From IMG/VR virus record IMGVR_UViG_3300042940_003205, positions 39,318 through 103,317 of that record: a stretch of 64,000 nucleotides of DNA; one strand, given 5' to 3'. Source of the DNA: a virus. The notes below the pieces were generated by a model. That model worked only from the letters and a program-made list of their open reading frames with translations. It was not told the origin of the DNA and made no database searches. Position 1 is the first letter of the stretch, and every line of letters begins with the position of its first letter. This document shows, one piece after another, positions 51,037 through 60,598 of the stretch. Made by a program: the position numbers and the translations under genes.

Positions 51037-51851
51037 TATATTTCCTTTGAAATGATTTTGTAAAGCTCTTTGATGCCATACTCCAAACCGTCAAAAGCTA
51101 AACCTAAATCTGTATTTTTTCCGCAATAAGATAAGCCTAAATTTTCATCTAAAATATTGACATCAACTTTATAATTAGACAAATTATTTATGATATTAGC
51201 AATGTCACTTAATTTGTATTTGCTTTCATAAACGCAATCAATGGTACTTGGTAAGTCTTGATAATTTATATACATTTCTAAAATATTTAAAAAATCATCA
51301 ATATAAATAAAATCCATATACCTATCTTGATGAATTACAATTGGTGAATGGTTGATGTAATTATTGACATTACTTGCGATCATTCTATTTTTTTCTTCGT
51401 TCTCAGCAAAAACATTGAATAGTCTTAGATTATAAAAGTTATCATACTTTTCAAATAATCTTGAAATTATATTTTTGCTCAAACCATATGGATCTAAAGG
51501 TAATGAATTAAGGATATTAGAAGATTCATTGATTTCTTTTGATCTATCTAATTCTGCCCCAGAACCAAAATGAATTAGTTTTTTGTAACTTGCTCTGTTT
51601 TCAGCAATGTTCATAGAAATCAAAACATTATCGTAGAAAACATCTTTACTATCTTCAATTGATCTTCTTCCACCAACAATAGCAGTATTTATAACTACAT
51701 CAAAAAAATTTTTTTGAAAAAAATCGTCAACTTGTATTTTATTGGTTAAATCAAGTTCATTTCTAGAAATTGTAATAAAATTATATTCTTTTAATTTTGA
51801 AATTATATTCTTGGCTAAAAAACCATTAGATCCAGTTACTAAGATATCCAT
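51036..51851 (-). CDS. NAD-dependent epimerase/reductase (extended SDR), YerF-like candidate
   Basis: ILVTGSNGFLA; FGSGAE; YGLSK; LRLFNVF. Confidence 0.85.
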   Translation of the reverse strand: MDILVTGSNGFLAKNIISKLKEYNFITISRNELDLTNKIQVDDFFQKNFFDVVINTAIVGGRRSIEDSKDVFYDNVLISMNIAENRASYKKLIHFGSGAELDRSKEINESSNILNSLPLDPYGLSKNIISRLFEKYDNFYNLRLFNVFAENEEKNRMIASNVNNYINHSPIVIHQDRYMDFIYIDDFLNILEMYINYQDLPSTIDCVYESKYKLSDIANIINNLSNYKVDVNILDENLGLSYCGKNTDLGLAFDGLEYGIKELYKIISKEI

Positions 51852-51857
51852 AATAAT

Positions 51858-52859
51858 TTATTTTTTCTTAAAGTTTTGAGCGATTTCAAATATTAAATCT
51901 TCCTGTCCTGCAACAAGTTTTCTATTTCCAAGCTCAAAAATTAATGAAGAATATTCGATGTTGTAAAGCTTTGAAGCTTTGATAATTGGTTTTTCAAAAC
52001 CAGAAAACAACTTATTCAATCCTGTCAAAATATTAACTGGAGTAGAAACTGGTATTGTTGGGACAAGATATTCTAATGCATTTTCTGCTTCTTTTATAAC
52101 TTTGTTAAAATCAATATTTGTATTGAAATTATTTTTTTCTAACACTGGAATGATAAGTTCCAAAGGAGTGTTGCCAGCTCCAGCCCCAAAGCCACAAATA
52201 CAAGCATCAATAATTTTTGCTCCACATTCAACAGCCAATAAAGAATTAGCAACTGATAAGCCTAAATTATTATGCCCGTGAAATCCTACAGGCACATCTA
52301 AATTATCAACTAACAATGAAATTCTTTCTTGGATATCTTTGGGCATATAAGTACCAGTGGAATCCATTATAATAATAGCTTCAGCCCCATATGATTGCAT
52401 TATGAAAGCTTGTTCAAGAAGTTCCTTCGCTGATATTAATGCAGACATCATCAAAACACCTTGAACTTCAATATTTTTGTTCTTTAAATATTCAATATGT
52501 GTTTTTGACAAAGTTGCTTCAGTACAATGAGTTGCAATTCTAAATATATCAACTCCATATTCGATTGCTGGTTGTATATCGTCTTTTATTGTTGAAATTC
52601 CAGGAATAGAATGAACACTTAATTTAGTTTTAGAAAGATATTTTCTAGCTGTTTTAAGTACATCCTGATCTGAATGTAAGCTTTGACCAATTAAGATTGA
52701 TGAGGCACCTAAACCATTTCCGTGACCAACTTCAACAATAGGTATATTTGCGTTTTCAGCAAATATACAATACTTTTCTATACTTTCTAAATTGATTGTA
52801 TGTTTGACACTATGATTTCCATCTCTCAATGACGGATCACTTATGATTACAGTATTCAT
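51858..52859 (-). CDS. dmpG: 4-hydroxy-2-oxovalerate aldolase
   Basis: SLRDGNH, EVGHGNGLGASS, RIATHCTEA, GFHGHNNLG, LVAGQEDLI. Confidence 0.93.
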   Translation of the reverse strand: MNTVIISDPSLRDGNHSVKHTINLESIEKYCIFAENANIPIVEVGHGNGLGASSILIGQSLHSDQDVLKTARKYLSKTKLSVHSIPGISTIKDDIQPAIEYGVDIFRIATHCTEATLSKTHIEYLKNKNIEVQGVLMMSALISAKELLEQAFIMQSYGAEAIIIMDSTGTYMPKDIQERISLLVDNLDVPVGFHGHNNLGLSVANSLLAVECGAKIIDACICGFGAGAGNTPLELIIPVLEKNNFNTNIDFNKVIKEAENALEYLVPTIPVSTPVNILTGLNKLFSGFEKPIIKASKLYNIEYSSLIFELGNRKLVAGQEDLIFEIAQNFKKK

Positions 52860-53707
52860 AAATTCTCTAAAACTTTAATTGCTGCACAATTTATTATATC
52901 TAAATTCCCAGAATAAGAAGGCAAATAGTCTCCAGTTCCTTTCACCTTTACACTAAGCATCAATATGTCGTTCTCATTTATCATAGGTGGCATAACTAAT
53001 TCGTAGTAAGGAACATATTCTTTAATAAGTTTGAGCCGTTTGTAAACATTGTCCACTATATTTTCAAAATTTATATTTGAAAGATCTTTTAACTTGATAA
53101 AAATAGTAGTTTGCATATCTACACAAGGAATTGCTGGATTTATATTTAAAATTACTTTACAATTCTGAGCGTTAGAAAATTTACGAATTGCATATTTAGT
53201 TGTTTCAATATAATTATCGATATTAATACGTGTAGACATTCCAGCACTTTTAGAAGCAATTTGTGAGACAACTTCTATGTACAAAACATCTTCAATATCT
53301 TGGCAAATAGCATTGATCATAGGAAGTGATGCTTGACCTCCGCAAGTGATCATATTTATATTGTCATACTTTTGGATATCATCACCATTGATAGTAGGTA
53401 CACAAATGTGACCATTTTTAGCAGGTGTCAAATCAATAACTTTGATATTTAATTTACTTAAAATAGAATAATGTTCTATAGCGTCAAAAGCATTGGTACA
53501 GTCAAAAACAACATCATAATTTGTATTTTTTTTGAAATAATCAATACCTTCAGTAGATGAATTTACCCCCAATGAAAATGCTTTTTGTATACCTTCAGAA
53601 TTTTCTCTTCTTCCTACAAATGCAATATCTTTGTAGCCTAGTTTTATTAATTTTATTAATAAATCGGTGCCAATGTTACCAGTACCCAAAATTCCTATTT
53701 TTTTCAT
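52856..53707 (-). CDS. dmpF: Acetaldehyde dehydrogenase (acylating)
   Basis: GTGNIGTDL, DLTPA, NMITCGGQA (catalytic Cys), GDYLPSYSGNLDII. Confidence 0.93.
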   Translation of the reverse strand: MKKIGILGTGNIGTDLLIKLIKLGYKDIAFVGRRENSEGIQKAFSLGVNSSTEGIDYFKKNTNYDVVFDCTNAFDAIEHYSILSKLNIKVIDLTPAKNGHICVPTINGDDIQKYDNINMITCGGQASLPMINAICQDIEDVLYIEVVSQIASKSAGMSTRINIDNYIETTKYAIRKFSNAQNCKVILNINPAIPCVDMQTTIFIKLKDLSNINFENIVDNVYKRLKLIKEYVPYYELVMPPMINENDILMLSVKVKGTGDYLPSYSGNLDIINCAAIKVLENL

Positions 53708-55485
53708 CTTACAATTTGCTTTGATTTTTCACTTATGTTTACAATCATATTTTCTTTTAATTCTTCAAAAGAAATTATTGGAGACATTTCTTCTAATGAA
53801 GGGGCAAATATAGAGCCATCATTTTTTGAAACACCTTTAACTTTTGGTATAAAATCTTGTTCAGGATTCATAAATACTTCAAGTACAGATGGTTGATCAA
53901 ATGAAAGAAAATCTTCCATTGTCTTATCAAAATCTTCCATCGACCTTAATTCAAAATGCTTATACCCAAATGCTGTCATTAATAAATTGAAATTTGGTAA
54001 ACCCACACCAGTTTGAGCATTGACACCTACAAATTTTCCTTGAAACAACATTTTTTGTGTGTGTTTGATCATAAGATAGCCATCATTGTTAAAAATTATG
54101 ATTTTTACATTTAGTTTGTTATCAATTATTGAATGAGCTTCTTGAAGATTCATCATTATTCCGCCATCACAATTTAAGCACAGCACTGGTTTTTCAGGAC
54201 ACGCAAATGCAGCACCAATAGCACCTGGTAATCCGTACCCCATTTCACCTAATCCAAGCGAGGTAAACATTGTTTGGTTTTCTTTCAGCATTATTGTTTG
54301 ATGGCCACTTAATAATGCTGTGCCCATATCTGTGACAATAATATGGTTATCCGCTAATTTTTCTGATAGTTTGTCAATAAAAGAATATGAATTTACGTAA
54401 TTATCTTTTGTAAACGATTTATCAACTAAAGGATATTTTTCTTTTAAATTGTTGCAATAATCAATCCAGTCATCTTTCGGTTCAATGGCTTCGAAATTAA
54501 TTATATTTTCTAAAAAAGTATCGCAAGATTGAATATGAGTCTCAGTGTAAAAAGTAGAGTATTTTTCAATCTCTGATTCATCTATATCAACTACAATGAT
54601 TTTTGCTTCTCGTGCAAATTGCGAAAAATCATAACCTGCTTGAGGTAATGCTAACCTACTGCCAAGCACAACTACAACATCGGCATTTTGAACAATAAAA
54701 TTAGCAGCTCTTTGTCCATAAAGACCAAATCTTCCAAAATGTAATTGATGATAATTATCAATAACATCTATTGCAGACCAAGTCAAAAGAGTTGGTAAAG
54801 AATTTTTTTCTATAAACTTTTTAAACAAACTATGGGCATTTGATAACCTTACCCCATTGCCACAAACAATAACTGGTCTTTTAGAATTTTTTATAATTTC
54901 ATATGTACTATTGTAATTACTTGCAATTACTTCTTTTTTATCGAAATTCCAAGCTTTAATACTTACTAGCTTTGACTGAACATCAAATGGAATATCAATA
55001 AGAACAGGACCAGGACGACCATTGATTGTTTCAAAATATGCTTTAGATAAATGATTTTGTATTTCACTACAGTCATCAACTCTTACTCCATATTTGACAA
55101 CTTTTGATGTCATATGAACGATATCCAAGCCTTGAGTTCCATACATTCTTAGATTGGAATGAATTTTGCAATAGTTAGATGATTCTTGTCCACAAATGAT
55201 GAAGCCAGGTATAGAATCGGCCCAATTACTGACTATTCCAGTAACAGCATTTGTTGCTCCACCACCTGCGGTCACTAATGCTGCTGAAAGTTTACCTGAA
55301 GCTCTGAAATGAGCACCCATTGCCATAACACAAGCTTGTTCGTGGTGCAAAAAAACGATTTTAGTAAATCCAAGTTTAGTAATAGAATCGAATATGTGTG
55401 AATTGGCAGAACCTATTATTCCAAAAACAATCTTAATATCAAGTTCTTTCAAAAATTCTGCAATAACATCACTTACTTTATTCAT
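53704..55485 (-). CDS. ThDP-dependent acetolactate-synthase-fold enzyme, YerE-like sugar carboligase candidate (593 aa)
   Basis: HHEQAC (catalytic Glu), GRPGPVLIDIP, GQRAANFIVQNAD, GLGEMGYGLP, ThDP motif CDGGIMMNLQE...NNDGY. Start reassigned to MNKVSD at 55485. Confidence 0.85.
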   Translation of the reverse strand: MNKVSDVIAEFLKELDIKIVFGIIGSANSHIFDSITKLGFTKIVFLHHEQACVMAMGAHFRASGKLSAALVTAGGGATNAVTGIVSNWADSIPGFIICGQESSNYCKIHSNLRMYGTQGLDIVHMTSKVVKYGVRVDDCSEIQNHLSKAYFETINGRPGPVLIDIPFDVQSKLVSIKAWNFDKKEVIASNYNSTYEIIKNSKRPVIVCGNGVRLSNAHSLFKKFIEKNSLPTLLTWSAIDVIDNYHQLHFGRFGLYGQRAANFIVQNADVVVVLGSRLALPQAGYDFSQFAREAKIIVVDIDESEIEKYSTFYTETHIQSCDTFLENIINFEAIEPKDDWIDYCNNLKEKYPLVDKSFTKDNYVNSYSFIDKLSEKLADNHIIVTDMGTALLSGHQTIMLKENQTMFTSLGLGEMGYGLPGAIGAAFACPEKPVLCLNCDGGIMMNLQEAHSIIDNKLNVKIIIFNNDGYLMIKHTQKMLFQGKFVGVNAQTGVGLPNFNLLMTAFGYKHFELRSMEDFDKTMEDFLSFDQPSVLEVFMNPEQDFIPKVKGVSKNDGSIFAPSLEEMSPIISFEELKENMIVNISEKSKQIVR

Positions 55486-55489
55486 TTTT

Positions 55490-56443
55490 TTACCACATAA
55501 AATTTTCTTTGTAATATTTGACAATTGTTTTGATTTCTTCATCAAAGACACAATCAGGTTCCCAACCTAAAGCTTTAATTTTTGAATCATCTAAAGCATA
55601 TCTTACATCTTGTCCGGGCCTATGAACATCAAAATTTATAAAATTTGAATAATCATCAAATTCTTTACCATAAAATTCATTAATAATTTTTTTCACTGTT
55701 TCAATATTTGATTGTTCAAAACCACCAGCTATATTATAAATTTCATTATTCGCACCAGATTCAATAATTTTTACCACTGCTCTGGCTGTATCTTTAGCGT
55801 GTAACCAATTTCTGATAGGCGATCCATTATTATGCAAAGGTATTTGCCTTCCTAATGATAAAAATTTGCATGCTTTAGGAATAAGTTTTTCAACATATTG
55901 TCCACATCCATAATTATTAGTTGGACGAACAATTACATATGGTAATTCATAAGTTCTAGACCAAGCCATTATCAATTGATCTGCTGCAGCTTTTGTTGCT
56001 GAATAAGGATTTGAAGGTCTGAGCAAGTCAGCTTCGTTATGCGCTCCACCTGAAATATCACCATAAACTTCATCTGTACTAAAATGAATAAAGGTTGGTA
56101 ATACATAGCCTTCTTTCTTATAATTTTTAAGTAATTCTAGAATATTATAAACACCGACTACGTTAGAATGTAAAAAATCCTCACTTTTTCTAATTGAATT
56201 ATCTACGTGAGTTTCAGCTGCTATATTGATGAAATAGTCACAATCTACAAGCCTATCTAAATTGCATATATCTAATTTCTCAAATTTAAAGTTTTTATAT
56301 GAATCAAAAACTTCTTTGTAATTAAAATCCGAGGCGTATGTACAATTATCAATGCCATATACATACCATCCTTGGTCTAGACACAATTGTGTTACGTGCC
56401 TGCCTATAAACCCCAAGCAACCTGTTATATAGACTATTTTCAT
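55490..56443 (-). CDS. rfbB: dTDP-glucose 4,6-dehydratase-type SDR (317 aa)
   Basis: TGCLGFIG, AAETHVDNSI, STDEVYGD, PSNPYSATK, RPGQDVRYALD. Start reassigned to 56443. Confidence 0.88.
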   Translation of the reverse strand: MKIVYITGCLGFIGRHVTQLCLDQGWYVYGIDNCTYASDFNYKEVFDSYKNFKFEKLDICNLDRLVDCDYFINIAAETHVDNSIRKSEDFLHSNVVGVYNILELLKNYKKEGYVLPTFIHFSTDEVYGDISGGAHNEADLLRPSNPYSATKAAADQLIMAWSRTYELPYVIVRPTNNYGCGQYVEKLIPKACKFLSLGRQIPLHNNGSPIRNWLHAKDTARAVVKIIESGANNEIYNIAGGFEQSNIETVKKIINEFYGKEFDDYSNFINFDVHRPGQDVRYALDDSKIKALGWEPDCVFDEEIKTIVKYYKENFMW

Positions 56444-56483
56444 AAAATCATTATACGGATATATTAGGTATAATGTTTTTATG
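56441..56483. promoter_or_regulatory. Back-to-back divergent -10 promoters (leaderless type)
   Basis: Both strands read GTATAATG-x-TTTT-ATG, with TATAAT exactly 6 nt before each start codon, inside a 37-bp intergenic region. Confidence 0.7.
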
Positions 56484-56882
56484 AATCGCAAGTATCTTCC
56501 AACTTTATCTGAACTCGTTGACAGGCTTTCTATTGTTCAACTTAAAGAAGTTTTTATTTCAGATCACAAATCAGAATACGCTGAGGAAATAGCTGCAATT
56601 GTTCACGATATTCAAGCTCATATCGATGAAAATAATGTTGTTGTAGATGCTGAAGTTATTCGGGCAATTGTTGTTTTAGCTCAAATGAATCTGCATATTT
56701 GGCATAATGAAACAAATTATCGCAAGGGTATTAAGGATGGAAATAATCTTGAATTGACTCACGGATTGAATGGTATTAGAAATACTGCTAAAAACAAAAT
56801 TCAAGAAGTTTGTGGTGGTAGAAAAGATTACAAAATTGATTGTCTTGCTGCTGACTTCAAAGATTGGGAGATCAGTTGGTAA
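56481..56882 (+). CDS. DUF4254-like helical protein (133 aa)
   Basis: PTLSELVDRLSIVQLKE...NLHIWHNE...LNGIRN. Confidence 0.6.
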   Translation: MNRKYLPTLSELVDRLSIVQLKEVFISDHKSEYAEEIAAIVHDIQAHIDENNVVVDAEVIRAIVVLAQMNLHIWHNETNYRKGIKDGNNLELTHGLNGIRNTAKNKIQEVCGGRKDYKIDCLAADFKDWEISW

Positions 56883-57820
56883 TGGAAAAAGTTTTAATTA
56901 CTGGTGGGGCTGGATATTTAGGATCAACTCTTACAGAAGTTTTATTGTCTAAAGGTTATGCAGTAACTGTTTTAGATAACTTGATTTATAAGCAGCTTTC
57001 ACTCACTTCATTTTGTCATCATACAAATTTCAACCTTGTAGTGGGAGATGTACGAGATACCAAACTTCTTACAAGTCTGGTGGAAACTCATGACATCATC
57101 ATTCCATTAGCTGCAATTGTAGGTATGCCAGCTTGTAAAAAAGATCCAGACCTGACAGTGGCTGTAAATTATCAACAAATTAAAGACATTGTTGAAATAA
57201 TTCAACCAAGTCAGAAATTGTTAGTACCTAATACAAACTCTCAATATGGAAGTTCTGAAACAATCATTACAGAAGAAAGTCCATTCAATCCATTGTCACT
57301 TTATGCAAAAACGAAATGTGATGCTGAAAAGCGTGTTTTAGAATGGGGTAATGGAATTTCTTTGAGACTGGCTACAGTTTTTGGAGTTTCTTACCGACAA
57401 AGAATGGATCTATTAGTAAATGATTTTGTTTACCGTGCATTTACAGATGAATTTTTAGTTCTTTTTGAATCACATTTTCTTAGAAACTATGTTCACGTAA
57501 GAGATGTTTCCAAAGCATTCATCCATTTGATTGAAAATTATGATCAATGCAATAACAATGCTTTCAACGTAGGTCTCACTTCTGCAAATATGTCTAAGCT
57601 ACAACTCGCTCAAAAAATTAAGGAATTTGTTCCAAATTTAGTAATTATTGAAGAGCAATTCAAGGAAGACTTTGATAAGAGAAATTATGTTGTGTCAAAT
57701 GAAAAGCTAGAAAGTACTGGTTGGTCTTGTGACTTTTCTTTAGACAGAGGCATTCAAGAATTATTGAGTGCTTATAAAATGATTTCGAATTTTAAAAATA
57801 AGGATTTCACAAATTTATGA
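56882..57820 (+). CDS. NAD-dependent epimerase/dehydratase (extended SDR, 312 aa)
   Basis: LITGGAGYLGS, LAAIVGMPAC, YAKTK, LRLATVFG, RMDLLVNDF. TAATG-coupled. Confidence 0.88.
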   Translation: MEKVLITGGAGYLGSTLTEVLLSKGYAVTVLDNLIYKQLSLTSFCHHTNFNLVVGDVRDTKLLTSLVETHDIIIPLAAIVGMPACKKDPDLTVAVNYQQIKDIVEIIQPSQKLLVPNTNSQYGSSETIITEESPFNPLSLYAKTKCDAEKRVLEWGNGISLRLATVFGVSYRQRMDLLVNDFVYRAFTDEFLVLFESHFLRNYVHVRDVSKAFIHLIENYDQCNNNAFNVGLTSANMSKLQLAQKIKEFVPNLVIIEEQFKEDFDKRNYVVSNEKLESTGWSCDFSLDRGIQELLSAYKMISNFKNKDFTNL

Positions 57821-59328
57821 AAAAATTAGATGTATTGTTTGTTCACCCTAATGCTGCTAAGCAAATTTATCAAGATTTGCATAAAAATCATTCAGCAATA
57901 GAACCTCCTATTTGGGCTGGAATGCTAGCTAATCATTGTAGGGTTAATAATTTTGGTGCAGCTATTCTAGATTGCGAAGCAGAACATTTATCTTGGGAAG
58001 ATTCTGCAAAAATTATTATCGAAATTAATCCAAGGTTAATTTGTTTTGTAGTTTATGGACAGCAGCCTAGTGCTTCTTCACAAAATATGACTGGAGCTGT
58101 TGGTACTGCAGAATTAGTAAAACAACTTCAACCAAATTCAATTATTTCTTTTGTCGGTGGACATGTAGCTGCGTTACCCATTGAAACATTAAAAGAAAGC
58201 TGTGTAGATGTTGCCTTTTTAAATGAGGGAGTGTATGCACTAAGTAATTTATTGAAAACTGATCTATCTTTTGAACAAATCAAAAATGTAAAGGGAATCG
58301 GCTACAAAGAAAATGGAATTCCAGTTTTAAATGAACCTGAAAGATTAGTGCCAAAGTCATTGTTAGAGCAAGATCTTCCAGGAGTTGCTTGGGACTTACT
58401 TCCTAGTTTTGATAAATACAGAACATCTGGATGGCACGGTTGGGCAAACAATGCTGAAAATTCTCCTTTTGCCTCTCTTTATACTTCTTTAGGCTGTCCT
58501 TATAAATGTTCATTTTGTATGATTAATATCATTAATAGAACAAGTAATTTACCTATGATTACATCACAAGATAGCAATATGTTCAGATGGTGGAATCCAG
58601 ATTTTATAATCAAGCAATTTGATTTGTTCGCTGAAAACAATGTTAGAAATATCAAAATTGCAGACGAATTGTTTGTTTTAAATCCAAATCATTTTTTGAA
58701 AATTTGCGACTTAATTATTGAGCGTGGATATGATTTCAATATTTGGGCTTATTCAAGAGTTGATACATGCAAACCTCAATATTTAGATAAATTAAGAAAA
58801 GCTGGTGTCTTATGGCTTGGTTTAGGTATTGAAAACCCAAATCAAGCATTAAGACAAGAAATCCATAAAGACCATTTTGTTGATGTAAAAATTACTGATC
58901 TTATGAACAGTATGAGAGATGCCGGAATTTATGTTGGAGCAAATTATATTTTTGGTCTTCCTATGGATACACATGAATCTATGCAAGCAACTTTAGATTT
59001 TGCTATGGATAATATTACTGAAAATACAAATTTCTATTGTGCAATGGCTTATCCTGGTAGTCCATTATATAAAACAGCTATAGAAAAAGGCTGGGACTTA
59101 CCACAAACATATGAAGGCTACAGTCAGCATTCATACGAAACTTTGAATTTATCTAATTCAAATTTATCTGCTGCAGAAATTCTTGCGTTTAGAGATAAAG
59201 CATTTATTAAATATAACAGTAATCCAAAATACTTAGAATTTTTAGAGAATAAATTTGGTCTTCCAGCAAGAAAAAATTTGGAAGACACACTTAAGATTGA
59301 AATAAAACGTAAATTATTGGGTGACTGA
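57817..59328 (+). CDS. B12-binding-domain radical SAM enzyme (503 aa)
   Basis: N-terminal EPPIWAGMLA...VGGH. GCPYKCSFC (CxxxCxxC). IADELF, LGIEN, YIFGLP, AYPGSPLY. Confidence 0.88.
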   Translation: MKKLDVLFVHPNAAKQIYQDLHKNHSAIEPPIWAGMLANHCRVNNFGAAILDCEAEHLSWEDSAKIIIEINPRLICFVVYGQQPSASSQNMTGAVGTAELVKQLQPNSIISFVGGHVAALPIETLKESCVDVAFLNEGVYALSNLLKTDLSFEQIKNVKGIGYKENGIPVLNEPERLVPKSLLEQDLPGVAWDLLPSFDKYRTSGWHGWANNAENSPFASLYTSLGCPYKCSFCMINIINRTSNLPMITSQDSNMFRWWNPDFIIKQFDLFAENNVRNIKIADELFVLNPNHFLKICDLIIERGYDFNIWAYSRVDTCKPQYLDKLRKAGVLWLGLGIENPNQALRQEIHKDHFVDVKITDLMNSMRDAGIYVGANYIFGLPMDTHESMQATLDFAMDNITENTNFYCAMAYPGSPLYKTAIEKGWDLPQTYEGYSQHSYETLNLSNSNLSAAEILAFRDKAFIKYNSNPKYLEFLENKFGLPARKNLEDTLKIEIKRKLLGD

Positions 59329-59374
59329 ATATTTATATAATTACTACAAAGGTATAATTAGATTAGAGAAAATT

Positions 59375-59917
59375 ATGAAAAAAGCGTTAATTATTACTTG
59401 GGAAAAATATCAGGATCATGAACTAATTTATCCATATTTTTCATTAAAGGAACATGGTTATGAAGTAGATATCATGGCTAATGCAGTTGGTAAGATTTGG
59501 GGAAGTTTAGGAACCCATATGCCTTGCACTGTCGAAGCATCCATTTTTAACAACGAAGAAAATATAGACCAATTTTTAGATGAATATGAAATTTTAGTCG
59601 TGCCTGGAGGAGTTAAAGCTCTTGAGAAGGTAAGGCAAGAAAAAGGTGTACTTGAATTTATCCGTCGATGGGATTCAAAGAAAAAAACTATTTTCTGCAT
59701 TTGTAATGGAGCTCAACTATTGATTTCTGCAAAGATTTTAAAAGGTAGGATTTTATCTGGATATTATTCTATTGATGTAGATATTGAAAACGCTGGTGCA
59801 ATTTATGACAGATCCCCTGTTGTAGTTGACGATAATATTATTTCGTGTCCACACTATGATTTTATGGGCGCTTGGATGAAAACTGCATTTGAAGTACATG
59901 AAAACAGGAACATATAG
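59375..59917 (+). CDS. DJ-1/PfpI-family protein (180 aa)
   Basis: QDHELIYP, LVVPGG, nucleophile elbow ICNGAQLL, VVVDDNIIS. Start reassigned to 59375. Confidence 0.85.
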   Translation: MKKALIITWEKYQDHELIYPYFSLKEHGYEVDIMANAVGKIWGSLGTHMPCTVEASIFNNEENIDQFLDEYEILVVPGGVKALEKVRQEKGVLEFIRRWDSKKKTIFCICNGAQLLISAKILKGRILSGYYSIDVDIENAGAIYDRSPVVVDDNIISCPHYDFMGAWMKTAFEVHENRNI

Positions 59918-60572
59918 TAATAATATCATCAAAAAGCCTTGGGGATATGAATACTTAGTTTTTGAAAATGAACAAGTAGCATTGTGGGCTTTATTTATAG
60001 CTGAAAATCAACAGACATCAATGCACTGTCATCCAAATAAAACTACAGGATTGATAGTGCTTGATGGTACGTGTGAAGTCAATTTTTTTTCAAATAAATT
60101 TATAGTCAATGAACTTGATAAAATTATGATTAGAAAAGGTTTATTTCATTCTACAAAGTCTTTAAGTGAAAATGGATCAGTTATTTTTGAAATTGAAACT
60201 CCAAATAATAAGCAAGATTTAGTTAGATTTGATGATTCATATGGTAGAAAAGGTTTACCGTATGAAGGAAAAGAATTTGAGCAACCTAAAGCCAACGACT
60301 GCTTATGGATAAATGAAAACTATGATTTGAATTTTTCTAAATTTGCAAATTGTAAACTAACAATTTATTCAGTTGATAATATTGATTTTTTTAATAAGTT
60401 TGATGATTCAGCAAATTTTATAGTATTGAATGGTGGTATTATGACTGATTATGATGTTGCTCTTGTAAATCCAGGCGATATCATAAATAATGTAATTGCT
60501 AAAAAAATTACAAGCGTTTTTAAAAATATTATTCCGAATACAAAATTTTTATTTATTCAAAAAAATAAATAA
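59898..60572 (+). CDS. Cupin-domain protein (sugar isomerase-like, 224 aa)
   Basis: KKPWGYEY, TSMHCHPNK, GLFHS, EIETP...DLVRFDDSYGR. Confidence 0.8.
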   Translation: MKTGTYSNNIIKKPWGYEYLVFENEQVALWALFIAENQQTSMHCHPNKTTGLIVLDGTCEVNFFSNKFIVNELDKIMIRKGLFHSTKSLSENGSVIFEIETPNNKQDLVRFDDSYGRKGLPYEGKEFEQPKANDCLWINENYDLNFSKFANCKLTIYSVDNIDFFNKFDDSANFIVLNGGIMTDYDVALVNPGDIINNVIAKKITSVFKNIIPNTKFLFIQKNK

Positions 60573-60598
60573 ATATACAATTATTTTGAGGTTATAAA

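Noticed and set aside
51858-53707. dmpFG as an aromatic-degradation auxiliary module
   Set aside because: No dioxygenase, hydratase or decarboxylase genes are present. The pair is embedded between nucleotide-sugar genes.
53704-55551. ilvB (branched-chain amino-acid synthesis), and the track start at 55551
   Set aside because: No ilvN/C/D nearby and the context is sugar biosynthesis. The longer start overlaps rfbB, so 55485 is preferred.
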